Assembly: GCA_000092065.1 (NCBI GenBank)
Contig: CP000583.1
Strand: one strand, 5' to 3'
DNA from: Ostreococcus lucimarinus
Lineage: Eukaryota
DNA: 64,000 nucleotides
Position 1 is the first letter of the stretch. Each line of letters begins with the position of its first letter. Positions 17,715-27,390 of this stretch are shown piece after piece. The notes under the pieces were generated by a model that worked only from the letters and a program-made list of their open reading frames with translations, searched no databases and was not told the DNA's origin. The position numbers were made by a program, and so were the translations under genes.

Positions 17715-19943
17715 ATGCGGCGATTCGTCCGACCGACCGGTCGACCGACCGACCGCGACCGACCGACCGATCGACGCGACGGCGCGCGACGCGCGCGGAG
17801 AACGACGCGCGCCGACAGACGCCGACGCGCGACGGAACGATCGTCGCGCGAGGTCGAAATGCGCGCGCGCGCGGACCGCGCGACGGAGCGCGACGCGCTG
17901 CTGGCGTCGAGCGGAGACGCGACCGCGAGGGGTGTTGCGGATGGTGTTGGGCTCGGCGCGAACGACGAGGAACGCGCGCGCGACGCGACGAAGGCGCCGA
18001 CGCGGACGTGGACGCGCGCGAGGATCGGTGGCGTCGCGAGCGCGGGCGCGGCGACGCTCGCGATGATGGCGGTGGTGGCGCGGCGAGGGGGGTGGGACGC
18101 GCTCGGATTCCTCGACGACTCGGCGTACGGCGAATCGCCGCGATGGCGAGGACATCACGGGAAGGGCACGCTGTTGCCGCCGAAGCCGAGGAACGGGGAG
18201 ATTCGTCAGCCTCGAACGTTTACGATGTATGATCACTGTTTGTCGAGGGAGGTCAGGGAGTGGGCTTATGAGAAAGACTTTTGGAATTTCGCGCGTCGCA
18301 GCGGCAAGGTGGTGCGGCACAACTACGGCTCGCCAGATTTTTTCAATTACGAAAAGGGGATCGAGATGACGCGCGAAGAGATCGCGGATGGTTTGTATGC
18401 GTGGCAAGTAAACACGACTGGACACCGCGATGGTACGGATTGGGAGTTTGGATTCGCGATGGAAAACGACAAGGGAGATTACTTGTACGAAATCGGCAAG
18501 GGCACCGAGAACATGCCGTTGTCGTTCACCACGTGTTCGCAGCGATATGGTGATTTCTTCAACAGAAATATCCAAAACGAGCGTGACAAATCACATATCT
18601 CGTATGTTTTCGGTACTTGCCACGCTCAATGCCCGGCTGATTACCACGATTCGTCGTACAGTTCGCAGCCGTTGACGGGTACGATTCCCGCAAACGGGAC
18701 ACCACTCGACTTACAGGAGCAGCGAGACGCGCGCCTCGTCAAGCCATTGACGATTATGATGTTCCATGAGTCCAATGATGTGGAAGAACTGACGGGACTG
18801 AATCCGCATCTGCGCGTCGCGTTGCAAATGGACACGTCTCACAACCCGACACAGCAGTCCGTGCGTTGGATCGCCGGCGGCGTTGACTACTTTCGAAAGT
18901 TTATCAAAATGGTCAAGGTAGAGATATACATCAACACCGTTGGTGACACACCGAGAGCGTTCATAAAAATCATCGGCGCTAAGCGGTACAGGTTTGGTTT
19001 CGATAAGGGGTACGAATACGAAGAAAAGCAAAACCGAGACTGGCGCATCTTTGGCAAAGGCTCGAAGGAAGAATACAGAGGCTGCACCAAAGTTTATTGC
19101 GACCCTTCGCGATATGACCTCACGAAATTCTGGAACGATGCCGAAGCTGATATGCATGGCTTGGCGTTGCGTCAAATGCAGTACAAGAATCTCGTCGTTG
19201 GCGATTCCGCGCCCGTGGATTACAGTGTCACTACTGCTATCGATGGTATTGGCGGGAATAATCTTTTGACATGGGCCGCCCGCGCGAACACGGCGAAAGG
19301 TCACCTACTGGCCGCAAAGGGTCAATGGGGGCCAGATTTGGACGTTCGTCGCGTCATCGTGAAGGCTGGTACCATTTGCTCCCTGTCCACAAACATGGGC
19401 AACTGCATGTACGGCATCGCTCAGTCGTTCAATCCAGGCACCACGGGTTCTTGGCACAGCAGGGACTGGAAGCTCGGCACATACACGGGACCGACTAAGT
19501 ATCGCAAACAATGGGTTCTCGCGTCGCTCGTCGGCTACGGGTGGAAGATGGTCCGCATTGAAATTTATCAAGAGGATGGCGCGCTGTACGCTGTCACCAT
19601 TGATTGCTCAAACGACCATTCGCAAGAAGCCTCAGAGTACACCTCCACCACCGGTGACGGTTTGCTGAACGATTTATCGCAGCGATACCGAAACCCTTCT
19701 AATCACTGGCTCGCAGATGCTCCCACGTATCCCACCGGTCTTCGAGCGTATGAAAATTTCGACGATACGACAAGAAAAATCCTCAACCTTGGCGGTCTCT
19801 ATTACGACCTCGCCGGCGATATGCGTCCGTCGCTCACGGGATTGGAAGAAATCTACACCACTCTCGAGATCGAGGAAGCGTTGTCCGAGGACTCGGAGGA
19901 TCCCTCAGAAGTCGCCCCCACGGCCACGGCGTCGAGACGGTGA
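17715..19943 (+). CDS. Orphan protein (~740 aa): Arg/Asp-rich N-terminal region, a single predicted signal-anchor TM (GGVASAGAATLAMMAVVA), and a large Cys/Trp/Tyr-rich globular domain. No family recognised.
   Basis: Long non-repetitive ORF. The start is ambiguous (ATG at 17715 or 17859). The track ORF extends upstream from 17565 and overlaps the sterol-reductase start. TGTAA 47 nt after the stop. Confidence 0.5.
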   Translation: MRRFVRPTGRPTDRDRPTDRRDGARRARRTTRADRRRRATERSSREVEMRARADRATERDALLASSGDATARGVADGVGLGANDEERARDATKAPTRTWTRARIGGVASAGAATLAMMAVVARRGGWDALGFLDDSAYGESPRWRGHHGKGTLLPPKPRNGEIRQPRTFTMYDHCLSREVREWAYEKDFWNFARRSGKVVRHNYGSPDFFNYEKGIEMTREEIADGLYAWQVNTTGHRDGTDWEFGFAMENDKGDYLYEIGKGTENMPLSFTTCSQRYGDFFNRNIQNERDKSHISYVFGTCHAQCPADYHDSSYSSQPLTGTIPANGTPLDLQEQRDARLVKPLTIMMFHESNDVEELTGLNPHLRVALQMDTSHNPTQQSVRWIAGGVDYFRKFIKMVKVEIYINTVGDTPRAFIKIIGAKRYRFGFDKGYEYEEKQNRDWRIFGKGSKEEYRGCTKVYCDPSRYDLTKFWNDAEADMHGLALRQMQYKNLVVGDSAPVDYSVTTAIDGIGGNNLLTWAARANTAKGHLLAAKGQWGPDLDVRRVIVKAGTICSLSTNMGNCMYGIAQSFNPGTTGSWHSRDWKLGTYTGPTKYRKQWVLASLVGYGWKMVRIEIYQEDGALYAVTIDCSNDHSQEASEYTSTTGDGLLNDLSQRYRNPSNHWLADAPTYPTGLRAYENFDDTTRKILNLGGLYYDLAGDMRPSLTGLEEIYTTLEIEEALSEDSEDPSEVAPTATASRR
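17728..17776. repeat. (CCGA)n-type tetranucleotide microsatellite (ccgaccgaccg...).
   Basis: gaccgaccggtcgaccgaccgaccgcgaccgaccgaccgatcgac. It lies in the shared 5' region of the divergent sterol-reductase and orphan-gene pair, or in the coding N-terminus if the upstream ATG is used. Confidence 0.7.
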
Positions 19944-19989
19944 GCGCTGCGCGCCGCGACGATGGAGGGCGTCACTGAATAAATGTCAC

Positions 19990-19994
19990 TGTAA
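19990..19994 (+). promoter_or_regulatory. TGTAA poly(A)-signal-like motif 47 nt downstream of the 19943 stop.
   Basis: cactgtaataaa. The same motif recurs 15-50 nt after other stops (1353-1357, 44490-44494, 46314-46318). This is green-algal-type polyadenylation signal usage. Confidence 0.4.
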
Positions 19995-20071
19995 TAAATT
20001 CTCATACACGTTTTTGTCACCGACCACACTTCATCGTATCGATATGAAATAATCACTCATTCTAGACATGG

Positions 20072-22624
20072 CTAATAGGGATCGACGTTCGGGCAATTTT
20101 GCGCCCAGTGTCCTCGTTCACCGCACTTGAAGCACGCGTTGTCGTTGCCGTCGCGCTCGGCGCGCGTTCTACGTCGCCCACCGTTTGCGGCAGCGCCGCG
20201 GCCTCCCGCTCGGCCACCACGACCTCTTCCGCGACCGGCACCGTTCACTTGCGGTGGAGCTTGACGCACGGGAGATACTCTCGCGACAGGTTGTTCTTCC
20301 GCTTGACAAGCGCGCAAAAATTGCTGGAACTCTCCACTGCAAAACACGCATCCGCTCCAACGTTGCATGTGCTGCTGGCCCGCAGGCATGTGGATGAGAG
20401 CAAACTTGAATAGCAGTAACTGACTTTGACATCGACACGATTCGGGTTCGATGGTAATGTTTCGCGTGCACTTGGGCATGACTACTCTGTGAGCACAATG
20501 TGCCGCCTCGCACGAAACCGTGAATGTTGAAATATTTCTCGCCCCTATCGTCGATCGCAACGTGGATTCGCCTTGACAACTCGGACAACGCTCTCGAACA
20601 ACACCAACAACATCACCTGCCATTTGTTGAGCAACGTTTACTCTTGCATTATTCACGTGTCCATTCATATGCTCGACTCCGCCGCCACGATCTCCGCCGT
20701 TCATGTACGATCCGACGGTGTTTGTCAACATGTTTTCATCAGTCGCGACACGGTCGTAAGCTTGCAGCATAGTTTGTAAATGCAGTCGCAAACCTGCGTT
20801 GGGATCCATCCGGTTGTGTGCGACAGCGTCTACATCCGCTTCCATCTTTGCTCGTTTCGTCGGCAGCCACATGTCCGCGACTCCCATTCGATCGTAGGCG
20901 AGAACCAGCGCTTCCCCTAGCTCTGTCGGCATCAATCTGTTATCGCCCACTTTTCGAGCGTATCCTCGTTCGCCAACTACTTTTTCTATGTGCTGCGCCT
21001 GCGTAGCGTCTGTTCCGATCATGTGTGACTCCATGAGCGAAAGCAAATCCACCTCGCTGAGATAATCTGGAGGTCTCGTCGATCCTTCGTGTAAATTCAG
21101 AGTTGGGACAAATTGTTCTCCTGGGGTGTACACAGGCAGCGTGCTATTGCCCCAGTTATCGTAAGTCGGCGCTAACCGTGGACCTTCAGGAGGACCAGGG
21201 CCGTAGATATCCAAATAGTTACGTTCACGAATCATCACGCCTGTCGCACGGAAGGTTTCGCCGGCGATGTCGACATCCACGTGCGTCTTCAACGCCACAG
21301 CTGGATATGAACATGTGGCCAAAAAGTGCCTGCAGACGAACTCGTACACTTTAGGGGCGTTGTGGTTTTTGTTGCGCATTTGAGCGTACTGTGCATCCGT
21401 GGCGAGCTTGGTTGGGTAGATGGGGGGATGCGCTTTGTCATCCTTGGTGCCGCCCGGAGGTCGTCGAAACTGCCCGCCTGTCGTCAATCGCTCGACGTAA
21501 AAACCAAACTGCGGGTGCTGATGCATCTCGCGCAGCGTTCCATCGTAATCGAAATCATTTGGAAATTTGTCTGTCTCCGTGCGCGGATAAGAGATGAAAC
21601 CATCGTTGTACAAGTCCTCAGCAATCTTCATAATTTGCTCGGGGGAAATGCGCAACACTCTATTCAAGCGCTTTTGCATCTCAATGGTGTTCAAGGGATG
21701 CGGTGGCCAACGTTTGCTTTCTTGCCCGTCCACGTCGATGACAGTGGCAGAGTTGGCCCGCACGCACAGGTCATGCAACGCAGAGGCGAAAGCACGATCG
21801 AACAACCTTCCGCGGCTCCATTCAAACTGCGTCGTTGTGCCTTCGCGAGAATGCGAACACTTGATGGCCCAGAAATCTTCGCTCACGTGCGCATCAATGT
21901 CCCACTTCCTTTGCACGATGAAACCGAGCGTGGGAAATTGACACGGCCCGTACGACACGATCGATTTGCCTTTATCGTCTACCGGCAGCCCCACGCCTGC
22001 GCGCTGCAACGCCAACGTGTTGAATCGCGTAAACGCCGCGCCGAGTCTCAAATCCAACTCCATGCGCATATCTACCGCCTTGGACTCGTGTTGGTTCGGT
22101 TCCACGAGATTCGTCAACGCTCGGTCGGCATCACCCCGACTCAGCGCCGAAAACCGCGCTCGAAACGCAGCGATGCCCCGATTCGCTTCTCGACACGCCG
22201 CGAGCACCTCAAACGCGATATTCTCTCCCTCGCGATCGCAATCCAACCATAAAATCACCGAATCGCACCCTCGCGCCTCTCGTTTCACATTATCAGCCAC
22301 CTGTCTCTTATCCTCCGGCACCCGCTTCGCCACCGCCGCGTTCACGAGCAGCTCTCGCGGATCGACGCCGTTCCACCGTCTGTGCCTGTCGTCGGCGAAT
22401 TCAAAATTACTCAAGTGCCCCGTCACCGACGTGAACACCATCGTCACCCGCCGACCGCGCACTTCGTACGGGAATTCCCAGACTTTATTATACCTCGACG
22501 TCCCTTCGCGCGCGCTCGCGCGTCCGTTCGACAGCACGCGCGAGATCTCTTTCGCCACCGATGGTTTCTCAGCCACGTTCAACACGCGCGCGCCGATCGC
22601 TCCGCGCGCGCTCTGGCGCTGCAT
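20072..22624 (-). CDS. TOP3A: DNA topoisomerase III alpha (type IA) with C-terminal GRF/CCHC zinc-finger tail.
   Basis: Toprim N-terminus (VLNVAEKPSVAKEIS...MVFTSVTGHL), topo IA core, and a C-terminal CFKCGERGHWAQNCP zinc knuckle. True ATG. Confidence 0.9.
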   Translation of the reverse strand: MQRQSARGAIGARVLNVAEKPSVAKEISRVLSNGRASAREGTSRYNKVWEFPYEVRGRRVTMVFTSVTGHLSNFEFADDRHRRWNGVDPRELLVNAAVAKRVPEDKRQVADNVKREARGCDSVILWLDCDREGENIAFEVLAACREANRGIAAFRARFSALSRGDADRALTNLVEPNQHESKAVDMRMELDLRLGAAFTRFNTLALQRAGVGLPVDDKGKSIVSYGPCQFPTLGFIVQRKWDIDAHVSEDFWAIKCSHSREGTTTQFEWSRGRLFDRAFASALHDLCVRANSATVIDVDGQESKRWPPHPLNTIEMQKRLNRVLRISPEQIMKIAEDLYNDGFISYPRTETDKFPNDFDYDGTLREMHQHPQFGFYVERLTTGGQFRRPPGGTKDDKAHPPIYPTKLATDAQYAQMRNKNHNAPKVYEFVCRHFLATCSYPAVALKTHVDVDIAGETFRATGVMIRERNYLDIYGPGPPEGPRLAPTYDNWGNSTLPVYTPGEQFVPTLNLHEGSTRPPDYLSEVDLLSLMESHMIGTDATQAQHIEKVVGERGYARKVGDNRLMPTELGEALVLAYDRMGVADMWLPTKRAKMEADVDAVAHNRMDPNAGLRLHLQTMLQAYDRVATDENMLTNTVGSYMNGGDRGGGVEHMNGHVNNARVNVAQQMAGDVVGVVRERCPSCQGESTLRSTIGARNISTFTVSCEAAHCAHRVVMPKCTRNITIEPESCRCQSQLLLFKFALIHMPAGQQHMQRWSGCVFCSGEFQQFLRACQAEEQPVARVSPVRQAPPQVNGAGRGRGRGGRAGGRGAAANGGRRRTRAERDGNDNACFKCGERGHWAQNCPNVDPY

Positions 22625-22887
22625 CGCGCTCGCTCGCTACGCGCGTCTTCTGCGGTCGTCGCGAGCGTCGAGCGCGGAATCACGCGTCGAGCGCGCGAAG
22701 CATCGCGTCGTCGAATGCGGAACTGAGCACCTCGCGCTCGGTTCCGCCAGTGCGCCGCGCGCGACGTTCGCGAGCACGCGCGCGCGCGAGCGCGACGCCG
22801 CGCGCGCGTGGTGTGACGGTTGAGACGCGCGCGAGCGGTAAACGCGCCGAACGCGACGTTGAACGGGGCGATTGATTGATTTGACTC

Positions 22888-24537
22888 ATGGCTAACCGTC
22901 GACCCATGAACGCGGCGCAACGACGCTACGACGCCTGGCGCGCGGCGCTGCTCGGAGAGGAAACGCAAGAAGAGATGTTCTTTCGTCGCGTGGCGTACGA
23001 ACGCGCGAGGACGCGCGCGCTCGGAGCCAAGTGGGCGAGAGGGGATGACGTCGACGCGGCGAACGAAGACGCGCGCCGAAGCGTCGCGATGGACGTCGAG
23101 CGATTGCCGAACGAAGACCCCGTGCGAGCGTCGCAAATGTGCGTGACGGCGCTGAAGAGGATATTGCTGACGCACGCGTGTGGAAGCGGAGGGAAGCGAG
23201 GATATAGGCAGGGGATGCACGAGGTGGCTTCGATGGTGTTGGAGACGCGCGCTTCGGCGGCAGAGTATTCAAAGGCGGCGACGGGGACGGTGCGATGGGA
23301 TCGTCGGGACGATGAGGAGAAATACGACGACGGTGATGGATTGTTTGCGACGACGTCGTACGATGAGCGCGAAATTGCGAGCGCAGGGTCGAGAGATTAT
23401 CGATTCGTCGAGCACGACGCGCACGCGCTATTCGAGGCGTTCATGGGAGACGCTCGCAGCGAACGGGACGACGAGCGCTTGGCGTTGGGGACGTATTACG
23501 AAGACGCCACGACGCCGACGTCGCCAATTTGCGCGGCGTTCCGTAGAATAGAAAACGCGCTGCGTTCGTTGGATGAAAATTTGGCGAAAAAGTTAGTCAA
23601 GATGGAAGTCGAGCCGCAGCTGTATTTGCTTCGGTGGTTGCGGCTCGGCTTTGGGCGCGAATTCCACCGTCGAGATGTCTTGACTTTGTGGGATGCGATA
23701 TTCGAGTCGTTGTCGGCCACGATCGGAGAGAACGGGGAGACCATGTCGAGTCGCGACTTTTACGAAGGTATCGCGGTGAGTGTGTTGATGACGATGCGAA
23801 ACGATATCTTGAGCCTCGACGATTTCGGCGCCGTGATGAGTCGATTGCAAAACGTGCCGCCGGGGATTCAAATGCAACACATGGTCGCGCGTGCGAAGGC
23901 GATGGCTGTCACTGGATTACTCAAGTACGATGAAACGGATGGGATGAAGATCTTCACGTCGCGAAAGCCTCCGCATCGATCATCACCGAATCGTCTCGTC
24001 GTGCCCCATATTCGCGGGAAGGCACCCCCGAGCGTCCAGACGATCGCGCGTTGGGACAGCGACGCCAGCGTGGACGGAAGCATCGACAGTCTGAGCGTCC
24101 AAGCCGATGACGACGACGACGACGCGCGAGAAGACACATCATCCTCGCGACCGGCGAGCGACGCAATCGAGCGCGTGGAATCGCTGACGTTGCGCGTTCC
24201 TTCGCCGACGACGACGCGCCGCGCGCCCACCGCCGACGACGACGACCCATTCACGGGTTCAATCTTCGCCGCGACTCCATCGATTCCATCCCACGCCGAT
24301 TCTCCCACCGCCTCCGTCCTCCGCGAGACGTCTTCGCGCATCAACGACGCCCTCGGCGTCGCCCGCGCGCCTCCCGCGGCGTCGAGCGCCCGTTCGCGCG
24401 CCGACGCCGCCGACCACCTCCGCCTCGCCCTCGCCGCGCTCAACGACGCCATCGCCGCGTCTCCCGAGCGCGAGGTCCACGTCCTCGCCGCCGACGCCGC
24501 GGCGCTCGCCGCGTCCGCGCTCGAGCGTCTCGAATAG
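22888..24537 (+). CDS. TBC-domain Rab GTPase-activating protein (TBC1D5-like) with an acidic/Ala-rich C-terminal tail.
   Basis: YRQGMHEVASMVL (YxQ finger motif region) and LLRWLRLGFGREF TBC signatures. Confidence 0.65.
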   Translation: MANRRPMNAAQRRYDAWRAALLGEETQEEMFFRRVAYERARTRALGAKWARGDDVDAANEDARRSVAMDVERLPNEDPVRASQMCVTALKRILLTHACGSGGKRGYRQGMHEVASMVLETRASAAEYSKAATGTVRWDRRDDEEKYDDGDGLFATTSYDEREIASAGSRDYRFVEHDAHALFEAFMGDARSERDDERLALGTYYEDATTPTSPICAAFRRIENALRSLDENLAKKLVKMEVEPQLYLLRWLRLGFGREFHRRDVLTLWDAIFESLSATIGENGETMSSRDFYEGIAVSVLMTMRNDILSLDDFGAVMSRLQNVPPGIQMQHMVARAKAMAVTGLLKYDETDGMKIFTSRKPPHRSSPNRLVVPHIRGKAPPSVQTIARWDSDASVDGSIDSLSVQADDDDDDAREDTSSSRPASDAIERVESLTLRVPSPTTTRRAPTADDDDPFTGSIFAATPSIPSHADSPTASVLRETSSRINDALGVARAPPAASSARSRADAADHLRLALAALNDAIAASPEREVHVLAADAAALAASALERLE

Positions 24538-24720
24538 CCAAGTCGCGATCCCCCCTCGCGCGTCGAGGGGGGGGGAACAGAGACGATCCATCTCCTCGAC
24601 GTCGCCCCGAGCCGTCGCGCGCGCGCGACCGCAATATCTCGCGCGCGATCTCGGACGCGCGTCTCGCGGGTGCGTGAAAAAAGCGACGGAACGCGCGCGC
24701 GCGACGCGCGATTCGCGATT

Positions 24721-24721
<1 letters not shown>

Positions 24722-24758
<37 letters not shown>
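24722..24758. repeat. (GACGC)n microsatellite, ~7 units, within the spacer upstream of the 24863 gene.
   Basis: gacgcgacgcgacgcgacgcgacgcgacgcg, visible directly in the sequence. Confidence 0.8.
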
Positions 24759-24763
<5 letters not shown>

Positions 24764-24862
24764 ATCGCGCGCGAATCGCCCGCGGCCATCGAGCGCTGAC
24801 TCATTAACTGACGAATTCACGAAACGCAGACGCGCGACGCGGAACGCGGAACGCGCGACGCG

Positions 24863-27154
24863 ATGGCCGACGTCGAGAGTGGAAAAACGAACGTCGCTCG
24901 CGTGCGCGACGATGAGGTCGCGCGCGCGGGACGAAGGACGGGCTGGGCGCTGGTCGCGCTGTCGGCGCTCATGGCGGCGTTTTGCCTGAGCCTGATGGCC
25001 GTCTTCGCGAAGGAGATGGCGGACGTCGCGGGAGATCACTGCGCCGAGTACGGGGTGTCGTTCAGTGGAGATGGGTCGACGTGTCAGTACGTGAAGGAAA
25101 ACTGGTGCGCGGCGATTAATACCGCGGGCGGCTCGGTGAGCGTCGGGTGCTCGTCGGGGGCGACGTTCGCGGACCCGGAAACGTACACGCAAAATACGTG
25201 TCCGCAAGGATGCTCTGGGGCGTGCGATGGAAGCGCTAGCGATACGAACGCTGCGGTCGCGTCGTGGAAGTCTCAGATCAAGCGGCTGCAGCAGTGCTAC
25301 GCCAACTCTCCGAAGTCTCGTCAGTGCTTGCCGACCGTGGATACCGACGGCAGTTTGGCCAACTACCGAGGTTTCAAGGCGGCGCATCCATCGCTCGGAT
25401 TGGGCGGAAGTACGGCTTTTATCGCGCGAGACGCGTTTTTGGACGCCTGCGATGCACAATTAGTGTACGCAAACCGTCGCCAAACCGGAGGATACGGTGT
25501 TTTGGCCATGATGTGCGTCGCGCTTCTCGTCTGGATTATCAGGTGCGCGCTCACTTTGCGAAAGCCGAATTACTCAAAGCGTCCTCGAGAGACGGAAATG
25601 AAGCCTCTCACGACGTTCAGCGAGAAGAAAAGCTTCAACAACCGTTATCACCCGGATTCAGTGTGGATATGGTACTCTTTCGTGACGGCCATGTTCGGTT
25701 TCGCCGTGCAATTATACTCCTTCTACACGCCGACGACGACGGACATTCGCATCCCAATCGCGCAAGGGGTGTGGATCACCTTGGAGATCGTCACCCGCGC
25801 TGTTTTGACGCTCTTGGACAAGTTCACCTTGGTCGAGGCGAGTGCTATCTTCTTTGACATCGGTTTCTCCACCGTGGGTTTCACCGCGCTTTTGGAACCC
25901 TTCTTCGAGCCAAAGATTACGGACACACTTCCCGAAGTCGACGAATCCATCACGGATTACGCTTTGGCCATTCGAGTCGTTTCTTTCATCTATCCGCTCT
26001 GCGCTTCGTCGTTGAAGGTGCGAGATCTTTACGTCGACAACTTCTGGCCCGCCCCCGCCACGGCCAAGGCGATGACGGAAAAGAAGCGATCGTTCAAGAG
26101 GACCATCATCAAGCTCGTCTTGCTCGGTTTGCAACTCGGCGCCGCCATGTCTGTGTACGGCATTATGGGCAACAAAGAGCTCTGCCATCAATTCCGCACG
26201 TGTGCTCGCGGTAGTTGTACCCCCAACGTACCCGTCGGTGCGCCTCTCGATGCGGAACTCTTCGGCGGAGGCTCTACCGGTGATAATATGAAGTATGCCG
26301 CTCGCATGATCTCGGACGATGGCACGATGATCTGGCGTTGGGGAATCAACTCGAACACGCAAATGAAGATGACCAAGTCGGGCGGCAAGTTATACGCTGA
26401 CCTTAAATTTGCTATCCCGAACGGCGCGACGGAGAACGGCGTCTCGATTCCAGGCAATGGGGCGACCTATACCGTCAGCGGACTCACAGCCCCGACTTCA
26501 GCGTGTGGTACTCGCTACGAAGTCCAGTGCCAAGAGGTGAACCCGCGTCACTCCTTCTCGTATATGACGGGCAAGTACGAATGGGTCAAGTACAACACAT
26601 CGGCGTACAAGTTTGTCGCGAGACACGACTACGAACAGACGACTGGTTCTCCCTCTTGCTTCGGCGCCTCGACGCAGTGGTGGAAAGACAACGGCATGTT
26701 TGTCGGCGGTCCGGAAGCCGTCGTCGGAGGCACGGCGCAAAATCCAGATCTTGGATTCGTCTTCGAGGAGCAAAAGTGCTGGTACACAGCAGGAGGCACA
26801 ACGACTTTTACCAAGTACTGCTTGGTTGCGCCCGCTTACCTCGGTGTCTTTAAACCGTTCGGTCGCGCATCCGTCGTTGGTTCGTGGACATGGTCGAACT
26901 CGGGCTCGTCGATGCCGACCACGTGGGGCACGTCTGCGCTCGACTTCAGGTTGGTCATGAACGAGAACCAAATCATCGCCGCCGGCGGCTCTAGCTCGGG
27001 CAGCGCTGGCGCTGGCGGTTGCCCGACGTCCTTCAGCGCGTCGGCGCCGTGTCCGTGCCCTCCGGCGGGCGTCACATGTACCGCTCCCGGCGCCGGCGCG
27101 TGCACCCAAAACAACGGCTGCCCGAGCTTTTACACGGCGCCGACCGGCAAGTAA
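24863..27154 (+). CDS. Orphan multi-pass membrane protein (~6 predicted TM segments). Cys-rich N-proximal ectodomain and a Gly/Ser/Thr/Trp-rich C-terminal domain ending in a Cys-Pro-rich tail.
   Basis: 763 aa non-repetitive ORF with a true ATG. Hydrophobic stretches WALVALSALMAAFCLSLMAVF, GVLAMMCVALLVWIIRCAL, VWIWYSFVTAMFGFAVQLYSF and IIKLVLLGLQLGAAMSVYGIMG. No known family recognised. Confidence 0.5.
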   Translation: MADVESGKTNVARVRDDEVARAGRRTGWALVALSALMAAFCLSLMAVFAKEMADVAGDHCAEYGVSFSGDGSTCQYVKENWCAAINTAGGSVSVGCSSGATFADPETYTQNTCPQGCSGACDGSASDTNAAVASWKSQIKRLQQCYANSPKSRQCLPTVDTDGSLANYRGFKAAHPSLGLGGSTAFIARDAFLDACDAQLVYANRRQTGGYGVLAMMCVALLVWIIRCALTLRKPNYSKRPRETEMKPLTTFSEKKSFNNRYHPDSVWIWYSFVTAMFGFAVQLYSFYTPTTTDIRIPIAQGVWITLEIVTRAVLTLLDKFTLVEASAIFFDIGFSTVGFTALLEPFFEPKITDTLPEVDESITDYALAIRVVSFIYPLCASSLKVRDLYVDNFWPAPATAKAMTEKKRSFKRTIIKLVLLGLQLGAAMSVYGIMGNKELCHQFRTCARGSCTPNVPVGAPLDAELFGGGSTGDNMKYAARMISDDGTMIWRWGINSNTQMKMTKSGGKLYADLKFAIPNGATENGVSIPGNGATYTVSGLTAPTSACGTRYEVQCQEVNPRHSFSYMTGKYEWVKYNTSAYKFVARHDYEQTTGSPSCFGASTQWWKDNGMFVGGPEAVVGGTAQNPDLGFVFEEQKCWYTAGGTTTFTKYCLVAPAYLGVFKPFGRASVVGSWTWSNSGSSMPTTWGTSALDFRLVMNENQIIAAGGSSSGSAGAGGCPTSFSASAPCPCPPAGVTCTAPGAGACTQNNGCPSFYTAPTGK

Positions 27155-27390
27155 CCGACGCCTCCGCCGCGTCGAATCTCCAAGAACTTCTCCAACTTTT
27201 CAAGCGTGTCGATCTCCCGCACCGCGGAGAAGAAAATCAAGTCAACAATGGTAACGATAAGGATTTCACCAGTCCGGCCACGATCAAGCAAGTAAAGTAA
27301 CCCACTCCGCTCCGACGCGTTTGTCAATCCAACGCGCCGACGTATGTATACCAGCCGCCGCCACGCGCCTCGCACACACCGTCGCGCGCG

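Noticed and set aside
24722-24758. Short direct repeats (GACGC)n, which might look like a CRISPR array.
   Set aside because: It is a simple pentanucleotide microsatellite with no spacers in a eukaryotic spacer, not a repeat-spacer array. The whole window is eukaryotic.
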